This document shows, one piece after another, positions 46,802 through 56,617 of a stretch of DNA of 64,000 bases (position 1 is its first letter; each line of letters starts with the position of its first letter). The notes under the pieces were generated by a model. It was given only the letters and a program-made list of their open reading frames with translations. It ran no database searches and was not told where the DNA came from. The stretch comes from an uncultured Fibrobacterota bacterium (GTDB lineage Bacteria; Fibrobacterota; Chitinivibrionia; Chitinivibrionales; FEN-1185), in NCBI GenBank assembly GCA_963729895.1, contig CAVSQB010000018.1:78074-142073 (forward strand), given 5' to 3'. The position numbers were made by a program, and so were the translations under genes.

Positions 46802-49406
46802 ATGATCCTTTACCGATATATTGTCCGTGAACATATCCTCCCGTTCTTCTATTCTCTCGGGATTCTCATCTTCATTTTCGCGATGCAACTTGCGGTGCAG
46901 CTCCTGCCGAGCATTATCGCCAAGGGGCTCAACCCGGGCGTTGTCTTCGAAATCTTCCTTATCAACATTGCCTGGGTGGTGGCGCTGGCGATTCCCATGT
47001 CGATTCTCGTGTCCACGCTCATGGCGTTCGGCCAGATGTCCGGCGATAACGAGATCATGGCGATCAAGGCATCGGGCCACAATCTGACTTTTCTGCTGAC
47101 GCCGGTGCTTGCGGGCGCATGCGTGTTTACCGTTCTCACCATCTATTTCAATAACGACATATTGCCGGACGCAAACCACCGCGCCGCAAACCTTCTCACC
47201 GATATCTCGCGAAAGAAGCCGGCCGCCCTTGTGGAGCCGGGCGTGCTTATTACCTCCTTCGAGAACTATGCTTTGTTTGTCAAGAAGGTGAACGCAAGGT
47301 CCGGTGAACTCAAAGATGTCAAAATCTTCTCCCAGGTTCCCGGCGAAGACCCCTCGACGACGGTGGCCGAGCGCGGCGAGCTGTCATTGACAAAAGACGA
47401 GAAGTTGCTCAGGCTCACCCTGTACAACGGCGAGACCCACCGGCAGAGCTCAAAGAACAAAAAGGAGTATTTTGTGTGCCGGTTCCGCACGCAGGTATCC
47501 TTTATCAAGAACGTGGACACCGAGCTGAAGCGCACAAACAGTACCTATCGCGGCGAGCGCGAGAATGAGCTCTCAGATGATGCTCGCGGAAGTCGCCCAA
47601 TATACGCAATCAAAGGAGAGCTACCTCAAAAGCTTCGGCCTGATCATCGACACGACGCTGGCAAACATCGACTCTCTTGAGCAGCTTGCCGCGCATCGCG
47701 ATTTTTTTACGCAAAAGGACTCGGCAGCGGACTCGACCCGCACTTTTGCAGCATGGCTCTCGTCATTCTCCGCCCCCAACTCCCACGAAATCGCGGCATC
47801 GGAGGCGCGGCGCGAAACGAGCGTGACCGGCCGCCTTGTTTCGCAACTCAAGTATGAGGAAATGAAAATAAGCCAGCTTATGGTTGAGGTGCATAAGAAG
47901 TTTTCGATCCCGGTTGCCTGCATTGTGTTCGTGCTCATCGGCGCGCCCCTCGGCATCATGGCCAAACGCGGCGGCATCATGGTAGGTGCCGCGTACAGCC
48001 TGTTCTTCTTTATTGTCTACTGGGCCTTTCTCATCGGCGGCGAATCGCTTGCCGACAACTGCGTCATTTCCCCGTTTGCCGCCATGTGGACGGCGAACAT
48101 CGTGATCGGTGTGTGCGGACTATTCCTGCTCTTTCTCATGACGAAAGAAACGAAGTTCATCTCGTTTTCGTTCCTTGTGAGGTTCTACCATTCTGTGTTC
48201 GGCAGACCCGCGCAGGCTGCCCGGCACGATCCGCCGCGGGGCGTTGTTGCAGGCCTGCGTGCCGCCGTGGCGGGATGCGTCAATTACCCGTATCGTCTGA
48301 TGAGCAGAATCATCGGTATTCTGTCCGCCTATCTCATCCGCAAATTCGTCGGATATTTCGGCGGGCTGTTTATTGTTATCGTGATCGTCTTCGTGATAGT
48401 TGACTACGTTTCCAATCTCAGGCGGTTCGAGGGCGCGTCGTTCTTCACTGTGGCGCTTTTCTACTGGTATTACCTGCCGTGGCTTTTCGGCTTTGTCTTC
48501 CCTATTGTCATCCTGCTGTCGACCATGTCGGCAATCGGGTCCATGGCGCGCCAGAACGAACTCACCGCCATCAAGGCCGCAGGCGTCAATGTCCGGCAGC
48601 TTACCACGCCGCTGCTGGTCCTCGGGGTTCTGCTTGCCGCGTTCGGATTTTTCATAAGCGAGGGGGTGCTTCCAAAGGCGAACACGGCGAGGCGTGAACT
48701 CACCGAGCAGATGGGCCAGGACAAGGCGGTGCAGGCGCACGGTTCTTCCCCGGCGTCTCCGCAGGAATACCGCCGCAATTTTTACTACTTCGGCGACCCC
48801 AGGAACATTTATTTCTTCGGGGATTTCAGGACCGAGCCTCTGTATGCCAGGAACGTGTGGCGCGAGACCTTTGACGGCCCGATTATCATATCGAGGATTA
48901 CCGCCGACGCCGCTGATTACAGGCACGGTCGGTGGCTTTTTCTGAACGGCACCAGGAGGACCTTCCGGCGAGACTCCGTTTCCGTATTGACATTCGACAC
49001 GCTTGTCGATACAATTCTACTGGCGCGGCCCCAGGACATGGTTGCGCAGATCAGAAGCCCGGAGGAGATGAGCTACTGGGAACTGCAGAGTTTTGTCGAC
49101 AAAGCCCGACGACGCGGTGAAGACGTGTCGAAGTGGCGCGCCCAGCTCGACTTCAAGATCGCGCTGCCGTTTTCAATTTGCATTGTGATCCTGCTCGGGA
49201 TTTCCATTTCGGCCCGGGCCGGAAGAAAAGGAGGGGCAGTGTTGTTCGGCATCGGCCTCATGCTTTGTTTTTCGTATTGGATCATTTCCCAATTCGCAAT
49301 TGCATTCGCGCAGAACGGGCAGATGCCCGCCCTGTTCGGCGCCTGGTTCGGCAACCTGCTTTTTCTCGCGATCGCCCTTCCCTTGTTCAGAAAGGCCTCG
49401 CAATGA
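46802..49406 (+). CDS. Fused LptF-LptG LPS-export permease (apparent +1 frameshift near 47564)
   Basis: LptF start ILYRYIVRE and NEIMAIKASG; LptF end EVHKKFSIPVAC runs in frame into a full LptG unit (ILSAYLIRKF, NELTAIKAAG, PEEMS..EL, KIALPF). Confidence 0.85.
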
Positions 49407-49786
49407 AAGCGCCGCCCTCCAGGAGACGGGTTCTCATCGTGGACGACAACCACGACATTCTCGACCTGCTCGAAGTATTCTTGTTTGGAAAGTACGATAT
49501 TGTTACCGCGCTCAACGGCTTTGAAGGCCTCAAGACCGCGCGCGAGATGATGCCCGACCTCATTATCACCGACATCATGATGCCGGTGATGGACGGCATC
49601 AAGCTTCTCAACAGCCTGCGCGAAGACCCGAAAACGGCCGGGGTTTCCGTTATCGCAATTACCTCGTTTATTAAGAAAGCAAATATCAAGAGCCTTCTTT
49701 CCGTGGGGTTTTCAACGGTGATTACCAAACCCTTCACGAGGGATTCTATCGTGGGCGCCGTGGAAAAGGCGCTTGCAAAACCATAA
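49403..49786 (+). CDS. Single-domain response regulator (receiver)
   Basis: LIVDD, PDLIITDIMMPVMDG and KPF motifs. Confidence 0.92.
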   Translation: MKAPPSRRRVLIVDDNHDILDLLEVFLFGKYDIVTALNGFEGLKTAREMMPDLIITDIMMPVMDGIKLLNSLREDPKTAGVSVIAITSFIKKANIKSLLSVGFSTVITKPFTRDSIVGAVEKALAKP

Positions 49787-49790
49787 CCGG

Positions 49791-51563
49791 GTGCCGGTGC
49801 AACAAAAACGACGAACCATTGCCGGGGCAATCGCCCTGATCCTTGTCGCGCTCGCCCTCCATGCCGCAGGCGGGGAAGCGGCCGCGCTCGGCGTGCCCGC
49901 GGCGCTTGTGACTGCGGCCATTGCTTTGGCGCTTTCCTTTGCCCGTTGGCGCCGGACGCCGGTCGGGGCGGATTGCCGTGAAAAAGAGGAAGTGTCGCAG
50001 CAGGCACTGGCCATAGAAAAGGAAGTTAACCGGGAAACCACCCGCGTGGGCGTGCACGTGCTGGGGGCGCAGTATCGCAAGGAGCAATGGAAGGCCATCG
50101 AGCTCGTGGTCGACAACATCCTCGAAACGTACCTGCAGCTCATGCGGCGCAGGCTTGATGCACAGACCATTGCCATCCTGTTCCCGACCGCTGACGGAGG
50201 ATACACCATCCGTAAATACGATTCCACGAGCGACTGCATCAACGCCGAGGCCGTGATTTATCCGGGCAAAGGGGTGCTGGGCAGCTTTCTCAAAGGCGGA
50301 CTCAAACAGCTCAACCTCCACGATATCGTGAGCGACAGCGTCACCCTTTACTATTACACGCGGGACGCGGGCATTCGTTCCCTTATGGCAAGCCCTATCG
50401 TAGCCGACGACGGCGTTGAGCGCGGTACCGTCATTGTGGACAGCACCGAGCAGAAGCATTTCTCCGAGGAGGACCACGCATACCTGGCCACGGTGGCGCA
50501 CCTTATCGGCATGTCGGTCTATTACGCCTATGTCTGCAACGATCACAAGCTTGAGCACCAACGCATCGCGGCCATGAGTACCATCGAGAAGGACTTCTTC
50601 CAGAACCTGGACATCGACGCCATACTGGACAAGATGATTGAGATCATCCCGTTTGCCATTTCCTGCGACCGAATCACCCTCAGCCTCCGCACTGTCGGCA
50701 CGGCCACCGCAACGGTGCACAGGGCTTGGGGCGCGCAGGCGGAAAATTTCAAGGGGCTCACTTTTTCGCTCAATGACAAATCGCTGGTAAGCCTCCTCTA
50801 TGTCAAGAATATGGCGTTTTCGCGTAATTTCGCCGACGACCGGCAGGAGATCCGGTACGCCGGCGGGGAACCTGCCGCGGGCGACGCGCAGTCGTTCCTC
50901 GCATTTCCGATCGGAGTTGACGAATGCAAGGGCGCCATACTCCTGGAATCCGCCCGGAAGGACGCCTTTTCCGACTCGAACCGCGACTTGCTCGCGCGTA
51001 TCGCCACGTCGGCGGGGCTTGCCATCGAGAAGCTGCAGGTCTTTGCACAGGCGCAAAATCTTGCCACGCACGACGGGCTCACCGGCCTCATCAACCACCG
51101 CCAGTTCCAGTCGGCGCTCAAGGATGAAATCACCCGCGCCATCCGCTACGGAGAGCCCCTGTCACTTGCCCTATGCGATATCGATTTCTTTAAGAAGATC
51201 AACGACACCTACGGACATCCGTTCGGCGATACCGTGCTCAAGGAAATCTCGTCGAAACTTTCCGCCAACATCCGCGACGGCATCGACATCGCCGCGCGTT
51301 ACGGCGGCGAGGAATTCGCGCTCATTCTTGTCAAGACGGACGGCCAGACCGCAATGGAAACGGTTGAGCGCCTCCGCCAGAACCTTGCAAATTCGCTGTA
51401 CAAGGCGCCGCACGGCGAGGAACTCCACGTCACCATGAGCTTCGGTATTGCCGTGTACGGAACTCATGCCAAACAGCTCGACCAGCTTATCTCCAAAGCC
51501 GACAAGGCGCTGTACCGCGCAAAAGAAGCAGGTCGGAACAGGGTGGAGATGCTGAGCGCATGA
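49791..51563 (+). CDS. Membrane-anchored GAF-GAF-GGDEF diguanylate cyclase
   Basis: DGLTGL.N.R, DID.FKKIND.YGH..GD and RYGGEEF; two GAF-like domains; start approximate. Confidence 0.9.
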   Translation: MPVQQKRRTIAGAIALILVALALHAAGGEAAALGVPAALVTAAIALALSFARWRRTPVGADCREKEEVSQQALAIEKEVNRETTRVGVHVLGAQYRKEQWKAIELVVDNILETYLQLMRRRLDAQTIAILFPTADGGYTIRKYDSTSDCINAEAVIYPGKGVLGSFLKGGLKQLNLHDIVSDSVTLYYYTRDAGIRSLMASPIVADDGVERGTVIVDSTEQKHFSEEDHAYLATVAHLIGMSVYYAYVCNDHKLEHQRIAAMSTIEKDFFQNLDIDAILDKMIEIIPFAISCDRITLSLRTVGTATATVHRAWGAQAENFKGLTFSLNDKSLVSLLYVKNMAFSRNFADDRQEIRYAGGEPAAGDAQSFLAFPIGVDECKGAILLESARKDAFSDSNRDLLARIATSAGLAIEKLQVFAQAQNLATHDGLTGLINHRQFQSALKDEITRAIRYGEPLSLALCDIDFFKKINDTYGHPFGDTVLKEISSKLSANIRDGIDIAARYGGEEFALILVKTDGQTAMETVERLRQNLANSLYKAPHGEELHVTMSFGIAVYGTHAKQLDQLISKADKALYRAKEAGRNRVEMLSA

Positions 51564-52147
51564 TCTCACTCGCCCTCGCCCTCGATCATACGTTGTTCTG
51601 TCTTATCAATTCCCACCACGCGCCGTTCTGGGACGGTTTCTTCTGGACAATCACCTGGCTCGGCAACGGTTGGGTCATTACGCCGATACTGCTCGGAATA
51701 ACCCTGGCCGTGATTCCCAGAAAGAAATATTGGTTATTCTTTGCCTTTGCCGCGGGCGGCATGATTCTTTCGAGCGTCATCAATACCCAGATAAAAGACG
51801 GTGTACAGCGTCCGCGGCCCCTGGGGTATTTTTCCACGCACGCGTCTTCGGACGCCGCAGCGGTACACGGGACCTACAGCGTCCATGTGGTGGGCGAGCC
51901 GCTGGCGTGGAGGTCGTTTCCGTCGGGCCACGCCAACACCGCGTTCTGCGCGGCATGCGTGCTCGCGTTCTTTTTGGGCGGTTGGTACTGGCTGGCGTTT
52001 GTGCCTGCGTTTCTCGTGGCCTATTCGCGCGTGTACATGGGCGTGCACTTTCCGCTTGATGCGGCGGCTGCCGCGGCGCTCGCGCTTGCGGTCATGGGAA
52101 TTGCAGCCTGGGGCTACCGGTTCACCCTTCGCGCTTTGGAGAAGTGA
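51560..52147 (+). CDS. PAP2-family membrane phosphatase
   Basis: K...QRPRP, SFPSGH and SRVYMGVHFPLD. Confidence 0.92.
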   Translation: MISLALALDHTLFCLINSHHAPFWDGFFWTITWLGNGWVITPILLGITLAVIPRKKYWLFFAFAAGGMILSSVINTQIKDGVQRPRPLGYFSTHASSDAAAVHGTYSVHVVGEPLAWRSFPSGHANTAFCAACVLAFFLGGWYWLAFVPAFLVAYSRVYMGVHFPLDAAAAAALALAVMGIAAWGYRFTLRALEK

Positions 52148-52902
52148 TGATCCTTGGAAAGAAAGTTGTTGTGGTCCTTCCAGCGTACAATGCGGAAAAG
52201 ACCCTTCGCAGCACCTACGAAGAAATCCCCAAGACCGTCGTTGACGAAATAATACTCGTTGACGATGCAAGCAGGGACCATACCGTCGCCGTGGCGCAGG
52301 CAATCGGCATCAGGCATGTGGTTCGCCACGAAAAGAACCGCGGCTATGGCGCCAACCAGAAAACATGCTACGCGAAGGCGCTCGAAATCGGCGCGGACAT
52401 CGTGGTAATGCTGCACCCGGACTACCAGTATACGCCGAAGCTCATTCCCGCTATGGTCAGCATTATCGCGAGCGGCCTGTATCCTGTCGTGCTCGGCTCG
52501 CGCATCCTGGGCAAGGGAGCGCGCAGCGGCGGCATGCCGCTGTACAAATACCTTTCCAACCGCTTCCTCACGCTCGCGCAGAACGTTCTCATGGGCCAGA
52601 AGTTGTCCGAATACCACACCGGCTACCGTGCGTTTTCGCGCGAGGTGCTGGAAAGAATCAGCCTGCGGGAGAATTCCGACGATTTCGTGTTTGACAATCA
52701 GATGCTGGCCCAGATCTGCTTTGCCGGGTTCGAAATCGCCGAGGTGACATGCCCCACAAAGTATTTCAAGGAAGCGTCGTCGATAGATTTTGCGAGGAGC
52801 GTAAAGTACGGGCTGGGCGTGCTGGGCGTGGCGGTGGGGTACAGGATGCAGAAGTGGGGGCTTGGGAAATTCGGGATATACGGAACCTCAAATCTCACTT
52901 GA
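52144..52902 (+). CDS. GT2 polyprenol-phosphate glycosyltransferase-like protein
   Basis: VVLPAYNAE, VDDASRD, NRGYGANQK, LHPDYQY and GSR motifs. Confidence 0.88.
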   Translation: MMILGKKVVVVLPAYNAEKTLRSTYEEIPKTVVDEIILVDDASRDHTVAVAQAIGIRHVVRHEKNRGYGANQKTCYAKALEIGADIVVMLHPDYQYTPKLIPAMVSIIASGLYPVVLGSRILGKGARSGGMPLYKYLSNRFLTLAQNVLMGQKLSEYHTGYRAFSREVLERISLRENSDDFVFDNQMLAQICFAGFEIAEVTCPTKYFKEASSIDFARSVKYGLGVLGVAVGYRMQKWGLGKFGIYGTSNLT

Positions 52903-52927
52903 TGATCGAGACCGGAAAACCGTCTAG

Positions 52928-54239
52928 CAGGGTGTTGAAAAAGTCTCCCTTTTGTAAACATTTATCCTTATATTATAGGGGAACCCCAACCAAGGAGTAT
53001 TGATGAGAGGTTCCCAGCCAGCCCAAGGCGGTATGTTCAGCTTCGTTTCTCCGGATTCCCGAGTGCCGGCAACGCACCCGCTTCGTCGTGTCAAACAGTT
53101 TACGGACATAGCGCTGCGCCGCCTTTCTCGTGACTTTGAGGCGATGTACAGCCGGATGGGACGCCCTTCGATACCGCCGGAATGGCTTTTGAAAGCACAG
53201 ATATTGATGGCTTTGTTTTCGATACGGTCGGACCGGTTGTTTTGCGAGATGCTGGACTATAACATTCTGTTCCGATGGTTTCTTGACATGGATCTGGATG
53301 CGGCATCGTTTGATCATAGTGTGTTTTCGAAGAACCGAGATCGACTTATGGAACAGGAGATTGCGCACCGGCTGATGCAGGAAATCGTGCGTCTTGCTCG
53401 TTCCGAAGAGTTGTTGTCCGATGAGCATTTCACGGTTGACGGCACGTTGATTGAAGCCTGGGCATCGATGAAGAGCTTCAAGCGAAAAGACGCGGAATCG
53501 GCGAACAAGACTGACGATGATCGGAGTAATCCGTCGGTTGATTTCCACCATGAGAAGCGAAGCAATGAGACACATCAGAGTTCGACCGATCCAGAGGCGC
53601 TGTTGGCTCGGAAGAACAAGAGAACGGGAGCGCAGCTGGCGTATTCCGGTCACGTGCTGATGGAAAACCGAAATGGGTTGTGTGTTGATATCGCCATTGC
53701 GCCAGCGACGGGGACAGCGGAACGGGATATGGCGCTTGAGCTGATAAAGCATGAACGCAGGCGCGGAAAACGCCGGATGAAGACGGTGGGTGCAGACAAA
53801 GGGTATCATGCAACCGAATTTATCAAGAGCCTGCGACGCCTGCACGTGAAGCCTCACATTGCCGAGAAGGCCAACACTTCGCTTAAAGGGTTGGATGGAA
53901 GAACGACTCGGCATAAGGGATACAGCGTAAGTCAAAGGAAACGAAAACGGGTTGAAGAGATATTTGGGTGGATCAAGAGCGTCGGTGGCCTGCGGAAAAC
54001 TCGGGTAAGAGGAATACGAATCAACCAGACTGTTGCCTACGTGGTTGCCGCAGCGTACAACTTGATACGCATGGTTAAGTTGATGCCGCAAACGGTGGGG
54101 GCAGCATGAGAATGGCCTGGGAATCCGGGGAAATGCCTCGGAACGAGGCAGGTAAAACCTCTCTGACATATGTAAAGTTGAAGTTAGGTTCATAAAAAAT
54201 CAACAAGAGCGCTTCTGTTAGGACTATTTCAACAACCTG
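52928..54239 (+). mobile_element. Complete IS5-family element flanked by CTAG
   Basis: IRs CAGGGTGTTGAAAAAGTC / GACTATTTCAACAACCTG; CTAG at 52924-52927 and 54240-54243. Confidence 0.92.
53003..54109 (+). CDS. IS5-family transposase
   Basis: HPLR, GRPSIPPE, VDGTLIEAWAS, GADKGY and RKRVEEIFGW motifs. Confidence 0.93.
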   Translation: MRGSQPAQGGMFSFVSPDSRVPATHPLRRVKQFTDIALRRLSRDFEAMYSRMGRPSIPPEWLLKAQILMALFSIRSDRLFCEMLDYNILFRWFLDMDLDAASFDHSVFSKNRDRLMEQEIAHRLMQEIVRLARSEELLSDEHFTVDGTLIEAWASMKSFKRKDAESANKTDDDRSNPSVDFHHEKRSNETHQSSTDPEALLARKNKRTGAQLAYSGHVLMENRNGLCVDIAIAPATGTAERDMALELIKHERRRGKRRMKTVGADKGYHATEFIKSLRRLHVKPHIAEKANTSLKGLDGRTTRHKGYSVSQRKRKRVEEIFGWIKSVGGLRKTRVRGIRINQTVAYVVAAAYNLIRMVKLMPQTVGAA

Positions 54240-54257
54240 CTAGGACTCCAGAAGAGT

Positions 54258-55698
54258 CAGTCATGATACGATCCAGCGTGTATCGGCGCTTCGCTGTTCC
54301 GAACTTGCCCTCAATCTCTATCCGTATCCTTTCGTCAAGCCGTTGCAGTCTCCGCAGTAGATTCCGTTCGGATTCCTCCAATGGCGGTCGACCAAGCGGC
54401 GGACCTGACAACCGGATTCCTTTCTCCTGGCACCACCGCAGATTCTCACGCGTCCGGTATATCTTGTCCGCATGAACCGACTCGGGATATGAACCGGTGC
54501 GTGCCTTGAACGATTCCACTTGCTTCTGTAAATCGGTACTCTCGTTGTATGCGTCCCACGATATCCGGTCAACGTACGACTTGCCGCCGATCACCGATAC
54601 CGACACTTTCGCCCCGAACTCAACATCTGCTGATGCCTTCCCGCGAACGATCGGGCGAACATGCGGTTTGCTCAAACTGACGATTCGGTCTTCTATCCTG
54701 CGGTGTTGCTGATCGAACATCCCGTATAAGACTCTTTGCTGCCGGTATATCTCCGAAGCAACCAGGAGTTTCTTGTAGTCCTGAGTCGAAAGAACCGACA
54801 ACGATGATTTCCCGCGAAAATGGTCTATCGTCTTCAAATTGCGCCGCAGAAAGCCAAGCTGGTGCCGTATCCCTCGCCGTATATGCGATTTCGGCGCATG
54901 ACGCCGCCGGATCGTCTGCAAATACTGCTTCCGGGCTTTCCTGCGGTACGTGCGTGGCTTGCGACTTGTCTTATCTCCAGATGCCCACAACTGATCTATG
55001 ACCCGCTCCGTATGCTCTCGCGCATCGTTGAGAAGGCCGATATCGGTCGGATGACGCATGTCTTCCGGTGCACACGTCGCATCGATGATCAACCGTCCTG
55101 CGTTTGACGGCGGCTTTGCGTCCTCATCCTTCTTCCTGTCCGGTTTTGCTTTGGGAGCACACATCACATCGTTGATCCGCACCAGGAGCTCCGGTGTAAT
55201 TCGCGAACGGAAATGCACCATCAGCGATGCGTCAAACGGCGCTTTCGTCGTGTACTCCTTCAGGCCGATGAAGTACTACAAATACGGGTTCTCACGCAGC
55301 TGAGCCACCGTCTCTTCATCCGTCAACTTCAGCCGCTCCTTGACAATCAGTGCGCCAAGCGCCATTCGCGCAGGATAGGCATCGTTGCCGGTATCGCCGA
55401 AATGGCGGCAATAGTCGGCCTCAACCTCATCCCACGGTATCAGCGTCGCAAGCTTCACCCAACGGTTCTCCGCATCAAGTGCGCCGCCAAAGGGAACTTT
55501 AAAGTCAAAGAGCGGAAGTACTGTTTGCAAGGTCTTCCGGCGATTCGAGTACATCTCTTGTCCAAGGGTTCTGGTGAAAAACAGCCACTGCCCGTGGATT
55601 TATTCACCAGAAATATAATCGCCGCGTTAGCTATTGTCAAGCATTATCATAGGAAAACCAAAAGATGTCCAATAATTTCAAAGCTGTTCAGCAGGCCC
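54258..55698 (-). mobile_element. Inactive, 3'-truncated IS5-family element of a different subfamily
   Basis: One IR (GGGCCTGCTGAAC on the minus strand); transposase motifs N.W..L...IPW, IDAT, ADKIY and R.EIEGKFG; in-frame TAG at 55276-55278 (ENPYL*YFIG); C-terminus lost after RIMT. Confidence 0.8.
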
Positions 55699-55925
55699 TA
55701 TGTACTCGAAAATGACAGGCAGTTGCGTTCTCATACTGTTAATAATACACGATCAACAGCGGAATAGCAACCAGCAGGCGTACTGTTTTTTATAGGACGG
55801 TTGGACGAATTGTGGATTTTAGATTGCAGATTGATGGTTGAATTGGGGAACCAATGTGCTGTCTCGCGGGTTAACCAGTGAGATCTGCGCCAGTCAACGG
55901 TGTAGAGAGTATTTTGTCGGCGGGA

Positions 55926-56282
55926 CTATTTCTTTTCCGAGCTTCTCAATTCATTAAGAAGCTCTTGCGCCTGCGTTTGAATGGCCGGAAGCTCCTCCTT
56001 TACTGCTTTCCATAAGATTTGATAATCGATGCCCCAATACGCATGTATGCACTTGTCACGCATCCGTGCCATGTCCGACCAAGGGATTGCAGGACGAGTG
56101 GCTTGGATCGTGCCTGGAATATTTTTCGTCGCTTCACCGATAATTTCAAGACAGCGTATCACTGCATATGCCGTCTTGCGGTCCGCGTTGAATTGGTCAA
56201 ACGTCATTTCCCCCAAAAAACTTTCGGCCTGCGTAATATTCTCGATTATGTCGGACAGGTAAATCGAGTTGTCGCGCGTCAT
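55926..56282 (-). CDS. HepT-like HEPN toxin (DUF86)
   Basis: AVIRCLEIIGEA and PW....MRDKCIHAY (Rx4HxY). Confidence 0.9.
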   Translation of the reverse strand: MTRDNSIYLSDIIENITQAESFLGEMTFDQFNADRKTAYAVIRCLEIIGEATKNIPGTIQATRPAIPWSDMARMRDKCIHAYWGIDYQILWKAVKEELPAIQTQAQELLNELRSSEKK

Positions 56283-56572
56283 ACAGCAACCGCCTCTGCA
56301 TAAATGCGGTCCCTGAGTTCGGCGCGAACATCTTCACGCGGCACAAGATCAACCTCGCCGCCCAACAGACTTATCAGGTAGTTTTCCGCAGAACACAGTG
56401 CCAGCATCCCAATGGGGCGTTCGAAGACTGCCAAGATATCAACATCACTGTTTTCGCGGGCCTCACCGCGAACCACCGACCCGAAAACGGCGAGACTTGT
56501 GATGCCGTAGCGTTTGCGCAATTCATCAGAATGGGCGCAAAGAATAGTCTTTATCTCGATTAATGATTTCAT
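56279..56572 (-). CDS. MntA-like minimal nucleotidyltransferase antitoxin
   Basis: FGSVVRGEARENSDVD (GSx10DxD); overlaps the HEPN start. Confidence 0.9.
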   Translation of the reverse strand: MKSLIEIKTILCAHSDELRKRYGITSLAVFGSVVRGEARENSDVDILAVFERPIGMLALCSAENYLISLLGGEVDLVPREDVRAELRDRIYAEAVAV

Positions 56573-56617
56573 GCAGACCTCTTGTTGAACAAAATACAAC
56601 ATCGACACAATAACCAG

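Noticed and set aside
52973..54193. 406-aa ORF antisense to the IS5 transposase
   Set aside because: No recognisable motifs; a shadow ORF like the many other long antisense ORFs in this GC-rich sequence (e.g. 3745-5022, 22112-23494, 49746-51098).
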